From contig NC_043004.1 in NCBI RefSeq assembly GCF_006345805.1, positions 4,774,001 to 4,838,000 of the forward strand: 64,000 bases of DNA, given 5' to 3'. The notes below the pieces were generated by a model. That model had not been told where the DNA came from and made no database searches. It saw only the letters and a program-made list of their open reading frames with translations. The position numbers and the translations under genes are program-made. Origin of the DNA: Octopus sinensis. Its lineage: Eukaryota. Shown here in pieces: positions 40,201 through 52,103 of the stretch. Position 1 is the stretch's first letter, and the number at the start of each line of letters is the position of its first letter.

Positions 40201-41065
40201 TTTTACAAAGAACTCCTAATGCTTTTGGGAAAGGTGTGAACATTACAACTTCCTTTCAGAAAGACATTTCATAGGACTCTATTTGTGAAGGAGTTACAGG
40301 TATCCCATAGAGTAATTGTCTATGTAGTCACCTGGTAGGTGACAGGTATGTAGTTTAAGTTCTTTCAGTAGGTCTATCACTCTTTCCAGCCTCATGTTGA
40401 TGCTTATAATTCCTAATAACATTTTAAGTTGAGAATCTTAACGGTTAATTTGTTATAACTTTGTTAAACACTTGACTCAATTGACTTTAATATCCTCAAG
40501 CACTTACTTAATTGCATTTAAATAGTGTTGTTGGCCACATCTTGCACTCAAGTGATGGATTGGAGTTCACCATTCTAATGGATTTGTCATGAATATATTT
40601 GATTGAAATTTATATATTCCTTTTTATTATATGTAATTCCAAACTTTTGTGATAATAACTGAAAGTTCATAGGTCATTGGCATGATGATGTTTAGTATCA
40701 GGTCATACCAAATAACCGGGTCCATAATCAAAGGCATTCAAGATGTGATCATGTCTTCTTTTCCCTTTTTTCTTTTCTCAGTATGCCTTAGACCAATACC
40801 ATCTTATGTATTCTTTACCTCTCAAGACTCCAGGATGTGATTTGGGAGGAGATTTGGGTGCAAGTTATGGAACCATGAAGTGGCTTCCTCATTTTGTTGA
40901 TCTTTGGTATTGTTGTTGCTTTGGTTTATTTTCACTCTAAAGATATTCCTCTTCCAGATATCATTCATTGTTAGTCTGTGTTGTGAAATATCTAAAATAT
41001 AACCAAACTCTTCTTCAATGTTTAGCTACATGACTGAAAGATCTTATTATTTCTCTCTTTTGCAG

Positions 41066-41233
41066 AAGCAATATTAAATCGTCCACTACCTGATGCACCC
41101 ACTGAAGCGCTGGGTACTAAATGGATGTCCAAAGAAAATTTACTGTCCAGTCAGACTGAAGATGATCCAAACTTGTTTGTGGCTTTATATGATTTCCAGT
41201 CTGGTGGAGAAAACCAACTCAGTATTGTAAAAG
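41066..41233 (+). CDS. Abl: Abl-family tyrosine kinase, internal exon equivalent to vertebrate ABL1 exon a2 (N-cap and first part of SH3); 168 nt, phase 1-1
   Basis: Polypyrimidine tract then tgcag acceptor (AG 41064-41065); donor AAAG/gtaagt at 41234. Hand translation: (E)[55 protein letters not shown](G). It contains the Abl cap motif WxSKENLL and SH3 start [11 protein letters not shown]. Missed by the ORF track. Confidence 0.97.
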
Positions 41234-41407
41234 GTAAGTTACTTTTTTAATGAAGATGATAAAATAGTTTTTACTTTGGTTTATCTGTTGTTCCTGTTAC
41301 TTCTGATTCCTTTCATATGCTTTTCAAGATCAAAGATTGAGTTCTGATAAGTGGAAGATCTTTGCAAAACACAAATAAGACTTTCATTGAAATATTGTTC
41401 ACATATA

Positions 41408-41700
41408 GGTGCAGGCGTGGCTGCGTGGTAAGTAGCTTGATTACCAACCACATGGTTCTGGGTTCAAATCCACTATGTGACACCTTGGGCAAGTGTCTAT
41501 TACTATAGCCTTGGGCTGACCACCATTGCTTGACAACCAATGTTGGTGTGTTTATATCCCTGTAACTTAGCAGTTTGGCAAAAGAGGCAGATAGAATAAG
41601 TAGTAGGCTTACAAAGAATAAATCGTGGGGTCGATTTGTTTGACTAAAGGCAGTGCTCTGGCATGGCTGCAGTCAAATGACTGAAACAAATAAAAGAATA
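41408..41700 (+). mobile_element. CORE-like SINE with internal deletion, about 175 nt downstream of the Abl exon donor
   Basis: ggtgcaggcgtggctgcgtggtaag...gggttcaaatcc...gacaccttgggcaagtgtc...; the middle (ctgaaagaagcc + microsatellite) is missing. Confidence 0.85.
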
Positions 41701-42474
41701 TGTAGGCTTGTGCTTCTGTGATATGCATACAAACATCCTAGACCCTGTCTGAAAGATGATGTCAGGACTGATTCTTTAACCATTGGCTTAATGACAAACT
41801 GTTTCTTCTTGACTCTTTTAACTTTACTACAGTGTCATTACCTCTGAAACATCTTGCTGCATTCCCTTACATGCTAGTCACCTAATGCATCCATCCGTTC
41901 AGTCAATCTGAATCCACTTCTGGTTTAATAATACAAAACCTCTCATTTTAAAATGTTCATATGTGAATTAAAACCTTCCATTATAGTTTTATGTAAGGGC
42001 TTTCTGTATTTTCCAAATATCAAGTTAATAATGTTAAAGTTACTTTAATTTTGCTAAATCCCTCTTGGAATTCATTGAATCCCGGACATTGTATTTCCTT
42101 ACAAATATTGTCACAAGGCAGTTATGCAAAAGAGTTACAGTGAAGATATAATACAGAGAAAGAAATGAGCAGAAATAATGGTTTATTTTTAGTGAATAGA
42201 CCATGTTATTAATAATGAAAAGAGAGAAAAATGTATGACAACAATAGAACTGATTTTAAAGGTCAATGAGAAAGGAGATAAATTGAAGACATGCATGGCT
42301 GTCTGGTTAAGAAATTTGGCTTCACAGTCACATAGTTCTGAGTTTGGTTCTACTGTGTTGCATCTTGGGAAGGTGTCTTATATCATAACCTTAGGTTGCA
42401 TTCAAGACTTGTAAGTGAAATTACGTGAACAATAATTGTATTGAATCCTATCAGTCATACAATTTAGCATTATC

Positions 42475-42702
42475 TATTTCTTTATTACCCACAAGGGGCT
42501 AAACATAGAGAGGACAAACAAACGGACTAAGTCGATTACATCGACCCCCAGTGCGTAACTGGTACTTAATTTATCGACCCCGAAAGGATGAAGGGCAAAG
42601 TCGACCTCGGCGGAATTTGAACTCAGAACGTAACGACAGACGAAATACGGCTACGCATTTCGCCCGGCGTGCTAACGGTTCTGCCAGCTCGCCGCCTTAT
42701 GC
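42475..42702 (-). mobile_element. Young, intact Meta-like tRNA SINE
   Basis: 15-bp TSD caatttagcattatc (42460-42474 and 42703-42717). Minus strand reads GGCGGCGAGCTGGCAGAA (A box), GAGTTCAAATTCC (B box), CTTCATCCTTTCGGGGTCGATAAATTAAGTACC. CpGs are retained. Confidence 0.92.
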
Positions 42703-45494
42703 CAATTTAGCATTATCATTTGGTCCTTGAGTATCTTTAGTGGAGTCTACTCTATTGCAAACATTTGGACCATGTCTTCAGCCTCAGAATAACAAATGAG
42801 TCATGATTTCTTGCCTTCCTCTCAATCAGTCAATGAAGCCCCCCCCCCCAAACAAAATAGTATTGGTGCTTCCCTTTCCACTTTCACCAAAATTCATAGA
42901 TTAAAGAAAAAAAAAAAAAGAAATCTTTTGTGTTGAAGATTGGAATGAAATGACTAGGTGTCTGATATTGAACCTGTTATCTTTTTTTGGTGATAGTAGT
43001 TTTGGGTATTGAAAGCAAACACACACACACATGTACACAGAATAGATAGACAGACAGACAGAGAATTATAGTTTATTTATTGAAACCAATTGACATAGAC
43101 TTTTAAATTTGTATAAAGAAAAAGCACACACACTCATATAAACAAATACAGAGAGAGAGAGAGGGAGGAGTTAGAGGCATATTTCCAGCAATCAAAGTCA
43201 TTTAATACATCTTAATGCTTCTCTCTCTTTCTGCCTGTCTCTCTTCCCACAATTTTTCTGCTCTCTGTGCCAAAATCTAAATTCACTGTCAGTTCTACTT
43301 AGTCAAAGATATGCAGAAATCCATAGTGAAATTTAAAAAAAACAAAAATTCCTATTTTCCACATTTCGTCAATATTTCAGTAGCCAGCTTATACATATAG
43401 TGAAGCAGGAAGTTAAACAAAGTTTAGTAGTTGTGATTACAAGTTGTTTACTAGAGTAAAATTTCCATGGTACTAAAGGATCCTGAGAAGAAAGCCTGTT
43501 GAATTTATGACATTAAAGAGGCCGGGCCAAAATGGCTGTACCAAAATGTCTCCTACCCATTGAAGATGACAATAGCTGAAGCAAGTACATTACCTCCAAA
43601 TAAGAGAGAATTGTATTTCAGTAGCTGCTATTGTACCTTTGATGTTTTAAAAATGCATGGAAATGGGAGTTTTTAAAAAAAAGCTGCAGTAAATACTAAG
43701 TCTAGCTACTAAATATACTTAGTTAAGAACTATCTTGCATAAGTATATTGCAGGTTATGTTTTTGATGATTCACTATTGAAATAAACTTAATCTGAGTCG
43801 GTGTAGTAGTTATTGAAGTATTAGTACCAATAGCAGCCTTTGAAGTCTTCATTGTCAGTTACATTCTATCTGTCTATCTAGGTCATCTTTGTATTTCATC
43901 TTTCTGTGATTGATAGCTAATCAACAACATACCAGAACTGGGTAGATTGATCTTGTTGTTGTAGTGCATTGGGTACAGCATGATTAACTGAATAGATGTC
44001 TTACATAACACTGAGTTTTGAAATTGAAAACACTGCTACTCAGAAGCCATGTGTTGCCAGACTATACAGTGCTCTTTATGGGCCTACTTAATATAATGCT
44101 CCTTATGAGCCTACTTAGTACATAAGAGAGGTGCTTTCAATTAAAGTTTAAAATATTTAAAATATTCCAGTGACCATATTGCATACACTCAAGCTACATC
44201 ACTGTAAGACAACTTGGTTCAATGTGTGTGAATCTTTTATCGTCATTTAGTGTCCATTTTCCTTGCTGGCATGAGGTTGAACAGTTTGACAGGATCTGGC
44301 AAGCCACAGGGCTGCATCATGCCCAATGTCAGCTTTGTCATGTTTTCTATGTCTGGATGCCCCTCCTTAAGTCAACCTCTTAAACACATACACACACAGC
44401 CTTTTCTTTCTTTATTGGTTTCAGTCTTTGGATTACAGCCATATTTGAGCACAACTTTCAATAGTTTAGTCATAAAATGCACTATTAAGAGAAACACATA
44501 TATAACAAGAGCCAGGAAAGACAATCTTGTATAATGTTTTCCCCACTTGCTAGAAATGACAACCATATAACCTTCACATTACATCGTAACATCTATATAA
44601 AAAAAAGAAAAATCAATAAAAATAGGATGGCTGTAGCTCGAATACCTTTGATCATAGTATAAGACTGCTGGATCATGGCAGACCTGGGGCTGAAGAACAA
44701 CATTGATCATGTAATGTAAATAAATAAATTTGACAGAAACAAATAAATTTTTGTTAAATTTCTGTCATTTCTAGTTTCTTAAAAGTTGTCATCAGTTTCC
44801 TTCTCCTCCTCCTCCTCATTGTTGTTGGTGTCATCATCATCATCATCATCTCTACATGCAGCTCATTACCTCATTTAAAATGTTCTTTGACCTACCTGTT
44901 GCTGTTGTCACCTTCCTGTCAACTTGAAGCACATATTCATTGACATATTAACTGCCTCATTTATATATTACCTGCATTTCAGCAATGGAATAATCAACTA
45001 CTGTATACATTGCTGCCACTCTTTTGATATCAAGATTAGTAAATAATTTTGGCAATTGCCCTGGAAATGTCAACTGCATGATAGCAGCAGGATTTTATAT
45101 GACTTGTGATCAAAACTATTGACTAGAAATCTGTTAATCTCTCAAAGTTTATGAAGCAACAACCCAAATATGTTGGATTAATCGCAACTGTTTTAAGCTT
45201 GAATTGGGGTTATCTATAGTATTTTAGAAGCCTGGCCATAACTTGATGAAATGCAGATAATACATTAATACCTTTCCTTTCAATCACGTTCTTGAACCTG
45301 TTTAATCAAAGTTTTGCAAATCCAGGACTGCATTTAGCAGTTATCTTTGAAAGACCAGTTCTTCTTCTATGTGGGTTATTTCTTCCTTTGATATATTTTT
45401 TATTTTTACTGATGATCTGTTGGAGGCCAATGTGATTTACAATGTAAAAAAAAAAATTGACATAAACATGTGGTTAAGAAATTCACTTTACGAC

Positions 45495-45853
45495 CATGGC
45501 TGTGTGGTTGAGAAGCTGTCTTCCTGGCCATCTGATCTTCGGTTCTCCTTCTGAGTAGCACTTTGAACAAGTGATTTCTACTATAGCCCTGGGCCGACCA
45601 AAGCCTTGCCAGTGATTTGGTAGACAGAAACAGAAAGAAGCCCATCCCCTATATATCTGTATGTAATGTTTTGTGTGTGTGTGTGTGTACGTACCCCTGT
45701 CTTGATATCATGTGATGTTTGTAAGCGAAAATAGGTGAGGGCTGACAACAAGAAGGGCAGCTGGCCATAGAAAATCTGCCTCAACGAATTTTGTTTAGCC
45801 CATGCAAACATGGAAAAGTGGATACTAAATGATGATGATGATGATGATGATGA
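45495..45853 (+). mobile_element. CORE-like SINE, (GAT)n-tail subfamily
   Basis: catggctgtgtggttgagaagc...ctatagccctgggccgaccaaagcc...cccatgcaaacatggaaaagtgg..(GAT)n. Confidence 0.8.
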
Positions 45854-46192
45854 GCTATTAAGTTCTGGTGTGAAACCCACTTTGTGACACCTTTGGCAAA
45901 TGTCTTCTATTCTAGCCTCAGATTGATTAATGTCTTGCGAGCCACATTAGGTTGACAAACTGTGAAGACGCCTGCTGTATGCATGTGAGTGCGTACCAGT
46001 CTGAACATAAGGCTGGAGTTGAAATTATTTAAAAAAAAAACAAAACAAAAACAAAAAGCATCAGTATAGTTGTAGTTAGATGACTAGAACCAGCAACCGA
46101 AGAAAAGAACACTTTATAATGATGTATTTATGTGCAATGTTCTAGGTTAGACCCACAAACACCTGCCTCACATACCTAGTAGCAAAGTTGTT

Positions 46193-46194
<2 letters not shown>

Positions 46195-46255
<61 letters not shown>

Positions 46256-46258
46256 GGA
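46195..46258. repeat. (GA)n homopurine microsatellite
   Basis: Perfect GA run; source of the RERE and SLSL ORFs. Confidence 0.95.
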
Positions 46259-47091
46259 GGACGGAAAAGAGAAATGGTTTTGTGGTGGGTGTTTGACTTG
46301 CAAGTTGGTACTTTACAATGCCAAAACCAAATTTTCTTCATATATGCACACACGTGTGCCCCTCCGCACATAAACCTCTCCCACCTCCAATCTAAGCAAT
46401 GTGGAAATCTACCATTACTGAAACTGCATCACTAAAACGCTGCAAACTCTCTCTCTCTAAAACAATTTATAATAGTGTTTATATTATTATACTTATGCAA
46501 ATAAAATTTGCAGATATCGATAATACATCATCTCCAACTAAAATGAGGTTAACATTGCTAGAAAGCAATCAGCGATGTATTTATGGGAATCAACAGATAA
46601 AACACACTTAAATCAACAGATAATACATACTTGTCAATAGTAAAATAAACATTCAAAACAACTTCTTTTTATTATTGTCGTACTATGTAACAAACTGAGA
46701 TATTATCTCATCAGTGCTGCTTGTTTTATAGACATTTACTGCTTACATTAGAAATCTAGTTCACCTTGAGGAGAAATTTGTGACTTGAAACTTTAAAAGT
46801 ATATGTTGACATAGCCCTCACTAGGTTCTGCATAGCACATTGGGCAAGTGTCTTCTACTGTAGTTTTGGTTTACCCAATTACTTGTTAATCAATTTGAGT
46901 GGCTGGAAATTTTGTGAGAAGTGTAAAATAATGCTTCACTTTATGTTGAAGGTTAAGCAATTTGATAAGTTACTGGTAAGACAACAGCATTTCATTTTGT
47001 AACCACAATATAGTACTAAGTATATTATAAGTTTATCAGTCATACTGTCTTACTGTGTATTAACAATTCTATTATTCCATTTTTAGGGTTA

Positions 47092-47304
47092 TCTCTCTTT
47101 TACTTGTTTCAGTCATTTGACTGAGGCCATGCTGGAGTACCGCCTTTAGTTGATCAAATTGATCCTAAGACTTATTCTTTGTAAGCCTAGTACTTATTCT
47201 ATTGGTCTTTTGCCGAATTGCTAAGTTACGGGGACATAAACACACCAGCATCAGTTGTCAAGCGATGTTGGGGGGAGAAACACAGACACACAAACATATA
47301 CACA

Positions 47305-47338
<34 letters not shown>

Positions 47339-47496
47339 CTACGAGCTTCTTTCAGTTTCCGTCTACCACTCACAAGGCTTTGGTCAGCCCAAGGCTATAG
47401 TAGAAGACATTTGCTCAAGGTGCCATGCAGTGGCACTGAACCCAGAACCATGTGATTGGTAAGCAACCTACTTACCACACAGCCACTCCTACGCCT
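47092..47496 (-). mobile_element. CORE-like SINE
   Basis: Same family and orientation as 24738-25143; internal (CATA)n. Confidence 0.85.
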
Positions 47497-47559
47497 ATTA
47501 GATTTTCTAATCTAATTCAGAGACAAGTGTCATAACTTAAATAAGTAAAAATCATTGGT

Positions 47560-47865
47560 TACATTGATGTGGGTTCTAGTTGATCCAATCAACAGAACAT
47601 CTTGCTCGTGAAATTAGTGTGCAAGTGGCTGAGTACTCCTCAAACATGTGTACCCTTAATATACTTTTCTGGGAGATCCATTGACATGCAAAAATGTGAC
47701 AAGGCTGGCCCTTTGAAATGCATGTTCTACTCATTTTTGCCAGCTAAGTGGACTGGAGCAATATGAAATAAAGTGCCCTGCTTAAGGACACAACACTGCC
47801 AGGAATCAAACTCATGACCTTATAATCCTGAGCCAAATACCCTAACCACTAAGCCACACACCTTC
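47560..47865 (-). mobile_element. tRNA-headed SINE, sister of 32033-32332
   Basis: gggttctagttgatccaatcaac...tttttgccagctaagtggactggagcaa...ccctaaccactaagccacac. Confidence 0.8.
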
Positions 47866-48680
47866 ACTGAACATAACCTTAAAAAATTATTATACTTAGA
47901 CCATTTGCTCCTTATGGAGCAGAAGTCATCAGTGACTTTTCTCCACTGTTTTTAACTCTGGTCTGTCTTTTGTTCTTATAGGTCTTGTTGGCTTTGAATT
48001 GTCATTGATGCTTCTGTAACTTAGCTTTTCCCAGGCAGGGTTGTTGGCTCTATGCAAACCCATTTTTATGTTGGGGAAGAGGTCCATATTAGTCTGGCCT
48101 GTATCCTTTGTCCTTTCCAGCATGGAAGGTCTTACCAAGAGCTTGTGCTTGACTAGCATAGTTCAAGATCACTGAGGCATACAAGCCACTGCAACAAGAC
48201 TGGATCTTGTGGTGGCATTCAATAAATAGAGGCTGATAAAGTAAGTGTGAAGCTGAAATGAATACTGAGATCGATAAGTAGTCTATTAGAATTCCTTTGA
48301 AGGCATTGCTCTAACATGGCTGCCATCCAATGACTGAAACCATTTAAAGAATAATGGTAAGTGCATGAACTTGAAAATTTTAAAAATAAATATATATAAC
48401 ATATATGACAGAGCTGTGTGTTGTGTTCTTGAGCAAGACACTTTATTTCATGTTGCTGCAGTGCACTCAATTGTAGAAATGAGTTGCGATATCACTGGTG
48501 CCAAGCTGTATCAGCCTTTTCCTTGGATAACATCAGTGGCTTGGAGAGAGGTAGCTGGTATGGAGGGTAACTTTTTAGGTGCAAGCCCATGGTCATTCAT
48601 GACCAAAGGGGGGTCTTTTACATTCCTACACCCCTACCTACCTTCCCACCCACCTACCTAATCCCACTTGCCTATATATA

Positions 48681-48839
48681 GGTGCAGGCATGACTGTGTG
48701 GTAAGAAGCTTGCTTCCCAACCACATGGTTTCGGGTTCAGTTCCACTGTGTGGTACTTCAGGCAAGTGCCTTCTACTATAGGCTTGGGCTGACTGAAACC
48801 ATGTGAGTGGATTTGATAGACAGAAACTGAAAGAAGCCC

Positions 48840-48870
<31 letters not shown>

Positions 48871-48907
48871 CTATTATATATATATTATAATATTTATATA
48901 TGTATAT

Positions 48908-48942
<35 letters not shown>

Positions 48943-48943
48943 G

Positions 48944-48975
<32 letters not shown>

Positions 48976-49497
48976 TATATGATATATATATATTTTATTA
49001 TATATGTATTATATATATATGTTATATATGTATATATAATATTATGTATATATATGTATATATATATGTGTATATATATGTGTAGTATATATGTATCTGT
49101 ATTATATATAGGTATATATATATATGTATATAATATATGTATATATTATATATGTATATATATTATGTATATGTATATATGATATGTATATATATATATG
49201 TATATATATATATGTATATATAATATGTATATGTATTATATATATGTATATATATATAGTATATGTGTGTGTGTGTGTGTTTGTGTATGTGTCTCTGTAT
49301 TTGTCCCCCAATCACTTCTTGACAACTCATGCTGGTGTGCTTACATTTCCCTTAACTTAGCGGTTTGGCCTAAGAGACTGATAGAATAAGTACTAGGTGT
49401 AAAAAATAAGTCCTGGGGTTGATTTGTTTGACTAAAATCCTCCAAGGCAGTGCTCCAGCATGGCTGCAGTCAAGTGGCTGAAACGAATAAAAGAATA
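48681..49497 (+). mobile_element. CORE-like SINE whose internal microsatellite expanded to about 440 bp of degenerate (TA)n
   Basis: Head at 48681, ctgaaagaagccc at about 48827-48839, TA-rich block at 48842-49262, then the normal tail to aataaaagaata. Confidence 0.85.
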
Positions 49498-49521
49498 TAA
49501 ATATATGTATATATGTGTATA

Positions 49522-50198
49522 TCAAAATCAAATCAAACAAAATCAAAATAGATGAACATCAATGGAATTTGTATCCTTGTGGTACCAGTGCCGGTGGCAC
49601 ACAAGAAAACCATCCGAACGTGGCCGTAGCCAGTACCGCACCGACTGGCATCCATGCTGTGGGCACGTAACAATCACCATCCAATCGTGGCCGATCGCCA
49701 GCCTAATCTGGCTCCTGTGTCGGTGGCACATAAAAAACACCATCCGAGCGTGGTCGTCTGCTAGCCTTGTCTGGCACCTGTGTCGGTGGCACATAAAAAC
49801 ACCATCCGAGCGTGGCCGTTCACCAGCCTCGTCTGGCACCTGTGTCGGTGGCACATAAAACACCATCCGAGCGTGGTCATCTGCTAGCCTTGTCTGGCAC
49901 GTGTCGGTGGCACATAAAAACACCATCCGAGCGTGGCCGTTCGCCAGCTTGTCTGGCTGGCACATAAAAACACCATCCGAGCGTGGCCGTTCGCCAGCCT
50001 CGTCTGGCACCTGTGTCGGTGGCACATAAAATCACCCACTACACTCTCGGAGTGGTTGGCATTAGGAAGGGCATCCAGCTGTAGAAACACTGCCAGATCT
50101 GACTGGCCTGGTGCAGCCTTCGGGCTCCCCAGACCCCAGTTGAACCGTCCAACCCATGCTAGCATGGAAAGTGGACGTTAAATGATGATGATGATGAT
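49522..50198 (+). mobile_element. (GAT)n-tailed retroposon with an internal array of about 8 copies of a 59-66 bp unit
   Basis: Unit GTGTCGGTGGCACATAAAAACACCATCCGAGCGTGGCCGTTCGCCAGCCTCGTCTGGCACCT, then tail cactctcggagtggttgg...aggaagggcatcc...ggacgttaaa(TGA)n. Confidence 0.85.
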
Positions 50199-50214
50199 AT
50201 ATATATATATAAAA

Positions 50215-50637
50215 GAGATAATGGTGTCATTGAGACCCAAAGGTGTCAGGTAATGCTGAATAAGTGCTATAGACAGACCATAGTTAAGTTCCAGATTCGG
50301 TAATATTGTGAATACAGGGTTCAATGTTGGTTCTATGTCAGCGTGTGTATATATGAATTTTTTGCGTAATAAGATAAAAAAACCAAGGCTGTATAGATAT
50401 TAGAGCATTTATAGATAGAAGGTCGTACAGCTGTTTCTAGGATATTAATTAATAATATCCCTATTTGTATCACATCGAAACTAACTATGACTTAATTTTT
50501 CTTCTCACACTGTCTTCGATGAAGGGATATTATTAATTCATATCCTAGAAGCAGCTGTAAGACCTTCTATCTGTAAATGCTCTGTTATCTATACAGCCTT
50601 GGTCTTTATCTCATTACGCAAAAAATTCATATATATA
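50215..50637. mobile_element. Penelope-like-element terminal fragment arranged as an inverted repeat, carrying a mutated hammerhead
   Basis: Arms of about 115 bp at 50348-50462 and 50523-50637 with a 60-bp spacer; hammerhead-like motif at 50512-50563; second partial copy at 61958-62182. Confidence 0.65.
50512..50563 (+). ncRNA. Degenerate minimal type I hammerhead motif
   Basis: GTCT TCGATGA A GGGATAT-TATTAATTC-ATATCC TA GAA G CAGCTG T A AGAC. Helices I and II and the palindromic helix III are present, but the core reads UCGAUGA and GAAG. The two homologous segments in the window retain GAAACAGCTGT. Confidence 0.6.
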
Positions 50638-51491
50638 TATATCTAGAACATAAAAGTTTGGTGAAGTTTGATTTTATGTACTTGCCACTATGTTGTTCTC
50701 TCTAGCGGCAGTATTTAGATAAAGACATTACCTGAACACTACTATCAGTAGTGAAGTATCTGATAATCAAATTTATTTACTTGAAATAAAAGTGCACTTT
50801 GCTACTCTGGTATTGAGTACTCTTCTTTCTATAAGCCATGCACTGCTATTGCTGTTGCTCTCTGTTTTCACAGAACACACACGTGTGCATGCACACATAC
50901 ACACACACACGTGCGTGTGTGCGTGCGTGTGCACACACACATACCATCACATGCTCTGGGACATAAACATGAAGAGAAAATGGAGAAAACCCGATGAGGA
51001 CTAGTAGGCAAGCTATCTAAACTGAATTGCACTTCAGTGTGTGAGTTGTTCAATGAACTGCTTTGCTATGTTGTCCTCTTTTTCCAATACAGAGATTACC
51101 ATTACAAGTACAAGTTAGACTGTCCTGATACTAACCTGCAGTTCTGATTGTTAATAGAACTTAGTAATATTATTAGTATAAGACATTGTGAAGATGGTAT
51201 TATAGAGAGCCAGCACAGATACTTTTATGTCACTGAATTTACTTATTTTTTCATCCATTAAGTGATCAAAAATTAACGATAATCTACTAGAGACTGATTC
51301 AATTAACTTTCCTTCATTTCCATTGCTATCACCACTGTCTTCTTTGTTACTACTTTGTGTTGAGGATAGAAACTATTCCTGCTGTATTATAGCAACAATT
51401 TAACTGAAACAAGTATCACTTGGCATTGTACTGAGAATTGATCCAATCAACTTTACTCCTTCTCCATAATTTGTGGCCTTGTACAACTAAT

Positions 51492-52051
51492 TCATCATCA
51501 TCATCATCATTATTGAGTGAGAGAGCAGTGCTTGCCATCAAAGTGACACTGGGGTAAAATATACAAAACCCAATATACCCATCATGACTACCTGTCCGAT
51601 AAGGGTACACCAGGCACATGCATCACAACCATATGTGCACGACATATTGATCTCATAATAGAGAAACAGAATATGACCTTGCAGGTGGGGCCCGGTTAGA
51701 ATTTTCCTCAGGTTGAGTAGCCCATCTCACTCAAAAGGTCTCTGAATAACAGTTGTTTAAGGATGTTGAACAAAAGACCCATGCTTCAAAACGCTAAAGA
51801 ATTCCTCTCAACACATGGCTATGATGCTCCTCCACTACTGCTCATGATCAGAGATGCACAAATCATCAGCCACTACGGGATATGCTCAACTGGTTAAGGC
51901 CAAACAACTGACAAGCAAATCCGTGGTATTGAGCAGAATATTTATTGTAGTCCATCTCTTAAACCAAGACAAAATAATGTACATGATAACACTTCCAATA
52001 AGTTAAGATGAGAAGCCACGAGAGCCACTGCCTGGTACTGCATCAGGGCAT
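51492..52051 (-). mobile_element. Second copy of the 33791-34385 element
   Basis: Reverse-complement match over the whole length, flanked by (ATC)n/(ATT)n on both sides. Confidence 0.85.
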
Positions 52052-52072
52052 TCATCATCATCATCATCATCA

Positions 52073-52103
<31 letters not shown>

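Noticed and set aside
41066-41233. Circular RNA of this exon would be an endless ORF
   Set aside because: True arithmetically (168 nt, no stop), but I found no complementary repeat pair closely flanking the exon and no evidence of back-splicing.
49543-50181. 160-aa repetitive ORF and CRISPR-like appearance of the array
   Set aside because: Units are contiguous near-identical repeats with no unique spacers and no cas genes; the ORF is a by-product of GC-rich tandem units.
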